A stretch of DNA of 64,000 nucleotides, taken from assembly GCA_965248925.1 (NCBI GenBank), contig CBDFLE010000006.1, positions 3,264,001 through 3,328,000 of the forward strand, given 5' to 3'. Positions 58,832 to 64,000 of the stretch are shown one piece after another; position 1 is the first letter of the stretch; each line of letters begins with the position of its first letter. Below the pieces are notes generated by a model. That model was given only the letters and a program-made list of their open reading frames with translations, was not told the origin of the DNA and ran no database searches. This DNA comes from Candidatus Multivoradales bacterium. Lineage in GTDB: Bacteria; Acidobacteriota; Thermoanaerobaculia; Multivoradales; J023. Both the position numbers and the translations under genes were made by a program.

Positions 58832-60102
58832 TGCTGTCGCGTTGCTCGTTGGCCTGTCGCTCTGGTTGGCTGGTTTTGCTCGCCTTCGTCTGCCCCTGGT
58901 CAGCTAGCTTTGCCGACGTCGAGGGTTGGATCTCCAGCCGTGGGGTCGCGGTCGAGAGTTCGACTTCCTGGCTCGAAGGCGGCTTTGGACGTTTGCGGCT
59001 TGGTGGCGAAGGGAACAGCGACGAGCGTGAGACCCACTTCCTCGCCAACGCCACGCTGCTGGTCGACTGGCGATCCGACCGAGCGTTTGGCGCTTTTTTC
59101 CAGGCGTTGGCTCGGAGCGAGCCCGGCGAGGTTGGCGGCCGTTCGTGGGGATTTGTCGAGGCCTATGCGCGGTTCGAGCGCACCCTGCGCAAGGATGACT
59201 TTTTGCGGCTACGTTTGGGCCAGTTTCTGCTACCGACCTCGCGCGAGAACGTTGATTATGGATGGTCGTCGCCCTACACCTTGACTCTCTCGGCGCTCAA
59301 TAGCTGGGTGGCTGAAGAGTTGCGGCCGATCGGCTGGTGGAGCGACTATCAAGTGGCGTTCGCGAGCGGCTCGAAACTCCGCTTTGGCGGCAGTATGTTC
59401 GGCGGCAACGACACCGCGGGAGCCCTATTGGGTTTTCGAGGATGGAGCATGGGAGATCGTCTGACGGTATTCGGTGAGACCCTACCTCTACCCCCGACTC
59501 GGAGTCTGCGGTCCGGCGGAGTGTTTTCCGGCCTCCAACAAGACACCGGTACCGAGCCGATTGGCGACGATCTAGACGATCGTCTGGGTTGGGCTAGTTG
59601 GTTGCGTTGGTCGTGGTCGAAAAGGGCGCTAGTGCAGGTCACCCGGTTCGACAATCGGGCAGATCGAGATTTGCACGACGGTCAGTATGCCTGGCACACC
59701 CAATTCGATATCTACGCCGTCGAACTCCATCCGACCGCTTCGTGGTCGCTGGTGGGCGAGCTGGTGCAGGGCCGGACCGGCATGGGCTTGATGGCGCAAC
59801 CGATCGTGGAACTCGATTTCGAAGCGGCCTACTTACTGACCTCATGGACCCGTGGGCCTTTACGAATCAGCTTGCGCTACGACAGCTTCGAGACCATCGA
59901 TCGAGATCTTGGTTTGGCCGACATCGAAGACGAAGACGGTGATTCCTGGACGCTAGCGGTTTTTTGGCAGCCGGGGGAAAGCTGGCGGCTGGGACTTGAG
60001 GCTGTCGAATTAGAGGCGGCTCGGGCCGCGGCTAGCGAGGCCGGCTTGGGTCCGGATCTCAACGCTCGCAGCCTCACCGTCGATCTGCGCTACTACTTCT
60101 GA
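58828..60102 (+). CDS. Outer-membrane beta-barrel / porin-like protein
   Basis: Signal peptide, amphipathic strands, terminal LRYYF. Confidence 0.7.
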   Translation: MMLSRCSLACRSGWLVLLAFVCPWSASFADVEGWISSRGVAVESSTSWLEGGFGRLRLGGEGNSDERETHFLANATLLVDWRSDRAFGAFFQALARSEPGEVGGRSWGFVEAYARFERTLRKDDFLRLRLGQFLLPTSRENVDYGWSSPYTLTLSALNSWVAEELRPIGWWSDYQVAFASGSKLRFGGSMFGGNDTAGALLGFRGWSMGDRLTVFGETLPLPPTRSLRSGGVFSGLQQDTGTEPIGDDLDDRLGWASWLRWSWSKRALVQVTRFDNRADRDLHDGQYAWHTQFDIYAVELHPTASWSLVGELVQGRTGMGLMAQPIVELDFEAAYLLTSWTRGPLRISLRYDSFETIDRDLGLADIEDEDGDSWTLAVFWQPGESWRLGLEAVELEAARAAASEAGLGPDLNARSLTVDLRYYF

Positions 60103-60128
60103 GCGGCCTAGAAGCAGGATATGGACTC

Positions 60129-60569
60129 CTAGCAGCGCTGGTAATCAGGCCGCCACTCACGGATCTTCTTCTTGATCTCCGTCCGCTGGTGAATTCCCTG
60201 GTCGAGGACCTCACGTACCAAGTCGGCGAGTTCGCCGTCGCTGGCGAAGCGTAGGGCCACCATTTGGCTGACCGACAGTTCGTCGATTCTGCCGCGTAGA
60301 TCCTCGGGGAAGAGGGCGGCCATGCGTTGGCGCTCTTCGAGGCGAATCAGGCGATCTTGAACCTTGAGGGCGAAAACCCGCGCATAGTAAGTGGTGCCGG
60401 CAACAGCGATCACGAATAGCACGGCGATCGCAGTGCTCAAATCCGGCCGTCGTATCAAGTTCCACGCCGCCCACAGGAGAGTGACGACGATCAGGCCCGG
60501 AGTCAGGTAGTGGTAGCCTGGGACCATCTTCGAGTGATTGGCAAGAGTTTGGGTGCGTTTTTCCGACAA
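60129..60569 (-). CDS. DUF6526-like membrane protein
   Basis: Q..ANH....YH, QDRLIRLEE, ALRFASD.EL, IK..I..W..D..R. Confidence 0.7.
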   Translation of the reverse strand: MSEKRTQTLANHSKMVPGYHYLTPGLIVVTLLWAAWNLIRRPDLSTAIAVLFVIAVAGTTYYARVFALKVQDRLIRLEERQRMAALFPEDLRGRIDELSVSQMVALRFASDGELADLVREVLDQGIHQRTEIKKKIREWRPDYQRC

Positions 60570-60664
60570 AGTGCTCGTCTCCGTTTAAATGTAATGAAGG
60601 GATGGCCGAGCCTAGCATTGTCGAGCTAACCTGCGGCAGCTCTGCTTGGTTCCAGTGGGCAAGA

Positions 60665-60694
60665 GAAAAGCCCCGGATCCGACCGGGGCTTTTC
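60665..60694. terminator. Intrinsic terminator of the oxidase operon (potentially bidirectional)
   Basis: GAAAAGCCCCGG-ATCCGA-CCGGGGCTTTTC, 21 nt after the coxB stop. Confidence 0.85.
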
Positions 60695-60715
60695 TTGCCA
60701 GCGGACACCGAGCGA

Positions 60716-61525
60716 TCAGCCCCAGAAGTCGTCCTCTTCACCAGCCTCAAGCAGCGCTTCTTGCTGCTCGGTCATCCAAGCGTCGTATTCATCCTGCTCG
60801 TGAATGGTGACAAAACCGCGCATCCGGTAGTGACCCAGACCGCAAAGCTGGGAGCAGTTGATCTCGTAGGTGTAGGTGTCGTTGCCTTTGATCTCGCGCA
60901 TCTCGGCGGTGGTGACCGTCGGCACGAACCACACCGGGAAGCGCATCCCAGGCATCGCGTCTTGCTTGACCCGCATCTCGGAGATAGCGAACGAGTGGAT
61001 CACGTCCTTGGTCGACAAATGGATCAGCACTGGCTTGTCGACCGGCAGGTGTAGCTGATTGATGGTGGTGACGTCGTCGGCTGCCGCCGGGTCGTCACGG
61101 TCCAGGCCCAGAGGGTTGGACTCCTCGTCGACCAGCTCCGGCGCGGTGCGTCCGAACTCGCCATCGGGGCCGGGATAGTGGATGTTCCAAGCAAACTGCT
61201 GCGCCACCACCCGCACCACTTCGGCCTCATCCTCAGAGGGCAGGGCATCGACCCGTTCTGAGTAGAGCGGGATGGAGAAGCCGATCAGGATGACTACCTC
61301 GACAATCGCCACACCAACTTCGGCGTAGCTCGAGAGGTGGCTTTGCAGACCCTTGTAGTCGGCCTTCGGCTGCCGCTTCTGGCGAAAACGGAGCAGGATG
61401 TAGACAAAAAGGGCACCCCAAACGATGAATAGAGTGAACATCAGCCAATGCACCAGGACGTTGACTTGGTCGAGAGCCGCGCCGTGTTCCGAGGCTACGT
61501 GGGGAAGTCCGAGAAACCGGTTCAT
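60716..61525 (-). CDS. coxB: Cytochrome c oxidase subunit II
   Basis: QQFAW, DVIHSF, KQDAMPG, CuA motif CSQLCGLGHYRM. Confidence 0.95.
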   Translation of the reverse strand: MNRFLGLPHVASEHGAALDQVNVLVHWLMFTLFIVWGALFVYILLRFRQKRQPKADYKGLQSHLSSYAEVGVAIVEVVILIGFSIPLYSERVDALPSEDEAEVVRVVAQQFAWNIHYPGPDGEFGRTAPELVDEESNPLGLDRDDPAAADDVTTINQLHLPVDKPVLIHLSTKDVIHSFAISEMRVKQDAMPGMRFPVWFVPTVTTAEMREIKGNDTYTYEINCSQLCGLGHYRMRGFVTIHEQDEYDAWMTEQQEALLEAGEEDDFWG

Positions 61526-61542
61526 GGGTTGCGAACGCTCCT

Positions 61543-61806
61543 TCAGCTATGCGGTGCGGGATCGCTGTCCGGCGCGGGAGATTCCGCCCGGCGCAGTTGG
61601 CGTCGCCGCAGGACGACGACGGCCGCCAGGCCCCCGCCGATGGTCAGATAGGTCAAGCCAGCCATGAACAGAATCGACAGATTGACGCCCTGCGCCATCG
61701 GCGAGTCGCTCTCGCCAAAGCACACAGGGCAGCCCATTGCCGGCGCCGCGAGGGTCGCCAGCAGTAGGCAGAGGGTCAGCCGGATTGCAAGTCGTGGGTG
61801 GCTCAT
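61543..61806 (-). CDS. Small exported/membrane protein with CPVC motif
   Basis: Signal peptide, CPVCFG, one TM; inside the cox operon. Confidence 0.65.
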   Translation of the reverse strand: MSHPRLAIRLTLCLLLATLAAPAMGCPVCFGESDSPMAQGVNLSILFMAGLTYLTIGGGLAAVVVLRRRQLRRAESPAPDSDPAPHS

Positions 61807-62012
61807 AAATAGCTCACATCCTTCATCTTGACGAGGAACGCCCGGCCGTAGATCAGCAGCCCGACAGCGCCGATCAAAGACAGCAGGGCCAGTGCCCAGT
61901 CGAGGCCGCCGCCGCCGACGGTCGTTAGCTGGCGCAGGGTCCACAGGCCGAAGCCGGCCAGAACGATCGTCGCCACGACGATGAAGAAGATGTGGAAGGC
62001 TTTGAGAGACAT
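61803..62012 (-). CDS. Small 2-TM protein
   Basis: MSLKAFHIFFI; coupled to the next gene. Confidence 0.65.
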   Translation of the reverse strand: MSLKAFHIFFIVVATIVLAGFGLWTLRQLTTVGGGGLDWALALLSLIGAVGLLIYGRAFLVKMKDVSYL

Positions 62013-62031
62013 GGTGTTGCTTCGCCGTCGG

Positions 62032-62334
62032 CTAGGTCAGGTTGATGCTGTTGCCCTCGAAGATCACCGGAATCACCAGCTCGAAGAAGAAGAAGACAAC
62101 CGACAGGGCCATGACCCACAGGATCAGCTTCTTCTCCGAGATCAGGTGCATGAAGTAGCAGGCCACCAGGCCGGCTTTCACCGTGGCGATGAACAATCCC
62201 AGGGTAATGGCCAGCGGTACGCTGAGTTCCAGGTGGCTCACCGCGACGGTGACGACGGTCAGAACCATCAAGGTGGCGAAGACCCGCATGTAGATCTTGA
62301 CGTGATGGTCGATATCGGCGTGATCGTGACTCAT
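62032..62334 (-). CDS. Cytochrome c oxidase subunit IV family protein
   Basis: YMRVF..L..LT, KAGLVACYFMHL..E. Confidence 0.88.
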   Translation of the reverse strand: MSHDHADIDHHVKIYMRVFATLMVLTVVTVAVSHLELSVPLAITLGLFIATVKAGLVACYFMHLISEKKLILWVMALSVVFFFFELVIPVIFEGNSINLT

Positions 62335-62354
62335 TCTCTCGCTCTCCTTCACGT

Positions 62355-62957
62355 CTAGGTCAGCAGGTAGAACACCGGGAAGAGGAAGATCCACACCAAG
62401 TCGACAAAGTGCCAGAACAGGCCTGATGCCTCGACCCGGTTGATGAATTGCTGTGGCTCGGTCTTCCACATCTTCGATCCCGGTCCCAGCAGGTAGGCGT
62501 TGTAGAGCGCCCCAGCGACAACGTGCAAGCCGTGCAGTCCGGTGAGGGTGAAGTAGAGCGCCAGGAAGGTGTTAGTGCTCGGGTACTCGTGGAGGTGGAA
62601 CTTGTGACTGTACTCAAAGCCCTTGATCACCATGAAGACGCCAGCCAGCAGGATCGTGGCGCTCTGGTAGAGCTTGAACTTGTCGTACTGATTGCGCATC
62701 AGCGAGGCCCAGGCCATCACCATGGTCACTGATGAGGTGATCAGCACTACGGTGTTGGCGAAGGCCATGCGCCAGTCGAGGATGTGCGCCCACTGGTGAA
62801 ATTGGCCGTCGGAGCCCACTCGCAGCAGGATGTAGCTGGCAAAGAGTGCTCCGAAGAGCATCACCTCTGACGACAGGAACAGCCACAGGCCGATCTTGAC
62901 GTTGCTGAGGCCGGTCTGCGGGTGCGGATCGACGGTATACGGAATCGCTGTCGACAT
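62355..62957 (-). CDS. coxC: Cytochrome c oxidase subunit III
   Basis: WLFLSSEVMLF, TGLHGLHV, FWHFVDLVW. Confidence 0.95.
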   Translation of the reverse strand: MSTAIPYTVDPHPQTGLSNVKIGLWLFLSSEVMLFGALFASYILLRVGSDGQFHQWAHILDWRMAFANTVVLITSSVTMVMAWASLMRNQYDKFKLYQSATILLAGVFMVIKGFEYSHKFHLHEYPSTNTFLALYFTLTGLHGLHVVAGALYNAYLLGPGSKMWKTEPQQFINRVEASGLFWHFVDLVWIFLFPVFYLLT

Positions 62958-62978
62958 CTGTAATCTCCTCTCTCCGCT

Positions 62979-64000
62979 TCAGCGTTCGAACTGCGGGTAG
63001 TAGTCCTTCGAGTGACCAGGCACGCTGTACTCGTAGGGGTCGCGGTAGACCACCGGCTCGGTGGCGAAGTTGCCGTGTGGCGGTGGTGACGGTGCCGCCC
63101 ACTCGAGGGTGGTGGCATCCCAAGGATTCTCTTCCGCGGTGCGCGGCTTGCGCAGGCTGAGGAAGAAGTTGAGGATGAAGGGGATCTGCGCCAGCGCCAG
63201 GCCCCAGGCCCCCCATGACATCACCTTGTTCCAATGCAGCACATGCTGGGTGTGGGCGTAGATCTCGCCGCCGTCGAACAGCCGCCGGTTCATTCCTGCC
63301 AGACCCTGGATCAGCATCGGGAAGAAGATCAGGTTCATGAACACCAGGCTGGGCCAGAAGTGCAGCTTGCCCAGCAGCTCGCTCATCCGTCGGCCGGTGG
63401 CCTTGGGATACCAGTAGTAGATCCCGGCAAAGAGCGCGAAGATGGTGCCCGGCGCCACCACGTAGTGGAAGTGGCCGATGACGTAGTAGGTGTCGTGCAA
63501 GTGGATGTCAGAAGCTGTCAAGCCGAGGGGCAGGCCGGTGAGGCCGCCGATGCCGAACATCGGGATGAAGGCCATGGCGAAGAGCATCGGTGTGTTGAAG
63601 CGAATCGAGCCCCCCCACAGCGACAGCAGTAGTGCTGTCAGGATGATCACCGAGGGAATCGAGATGATCATCGTCGTGGTCTGGAAGAAGGCCGACATGG
63701 CGGTGCCCATGCCGGTCAGGAACATGTGGTGTGCCCAGACGATGAACGACATGAAGCCGAGGAAGATCACCGAGTAGACCATCGACTTGTAGCCCCACAG
63801 CGGCTTGCGGGTGTTGTTGGCGATGATCTCGGCGATGATGCCCAGGGCCGGCAGGATCAGCACGTAGACCTCCGGGTGAGCCAAGAACCAGAACAGGTGC
63901 TGCCAGAGGATCGGGCTACCGGCGCCAGAAACCTCCAAGACCTGACCGCTGACCACTAGCCCCGAGGGCATGAAGAAGCTGGTACCGGCAACCCGGTCCA
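62979..64000 (-). CDS. coxA: Cytochrome c oxidase subunit I (5' part outside window)
   Basis: QHLFWFLAHPEVY, WAHHM, LHDTYYVIGHFHY; frame open to the window edge. Confidence 0.97.
   Translation of the reverse strand, partial: DRVAGTSFFMPSGLVVSGQVLEVSGAGSPILWQHLFWFLAHPEVYVLILPALGIIAEIIANNTRKPLWGYKSMVYSVIFLGFMSFIVWAHHMFLTGMGTAMSAFFQTTTMIISIPSVIILTALLLSLWGGSIRFNTPMLFAMAFIPMFGIGGLTGLPLGLTASDIHLHDTYYVIGHFHYVVAPGTIFALFAGIYYWYPKATGRRMSELLGKLHFWPSLVFMNLIFFPMLIQGLAGMNRRLFDGGEIYAHTQHVLHWNKVMSWGAWGLALAQIPFILNFFLSLRKPRTAEENPWDATTLEWAAPSPPPHGNFATEPVVYRDPYEYSVPGHSKDYYPQFER

Overview
High-GC bacterial window, most consistent with Acidobacteriota (Thermoanaerobaculia-like). This is inferred from an ADOP-type permease, several HTH-TPR proteins, a C-terminal 'FADGFESGD' motif and a DUF6526-like gene. 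Housekeeping genes include pgi, rsmI, murA, a lytic transglycosylase, a PLP-dependent decarboxylase and a heme-copper oxidase operon running off the right edge. Five accessory blocks stand out. (1) Tandem AraC-HTH/TPR paralogs. (2) An ~8.4-kb integrase-less insert at 13.2-21.6 kb, bounded by a 37-bp near-perfect direct repeat; it carries a frameshifted XRE-TPR regulator, pterin-dehydratase-fold small proteins, secreted proteins and a rearranged RHS gene. (3) A respiratory cluster in which ActA/ActB/ActE of alternative complex III occur without ActC/D/F, next to a cytochrome-bd-like subunit, three c-type cytochromes and a USP/PCP_red protein. (4) A divergent ECF-sigma / anti-sigma-DUF5678 / retropepsin trio. 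(5) A tightly coupled 8+2-gene cluster (ferric reductase-Rieske, GNAT, DinB, NRDE, hydrolase-DedA-ATP-grasp fusion, YHS, porin) of unknown function. Also notable are an apparently circularly permuted secreted metallopeptidase with Cys-rich repeats, and an acidic 'DFWG' motif shared by two respiratory proteins 25 kb apart. No rRNA, tRNA, CRISPR array or transposase was recognised. All family calls come from motif recognition by eye, not from database searches.
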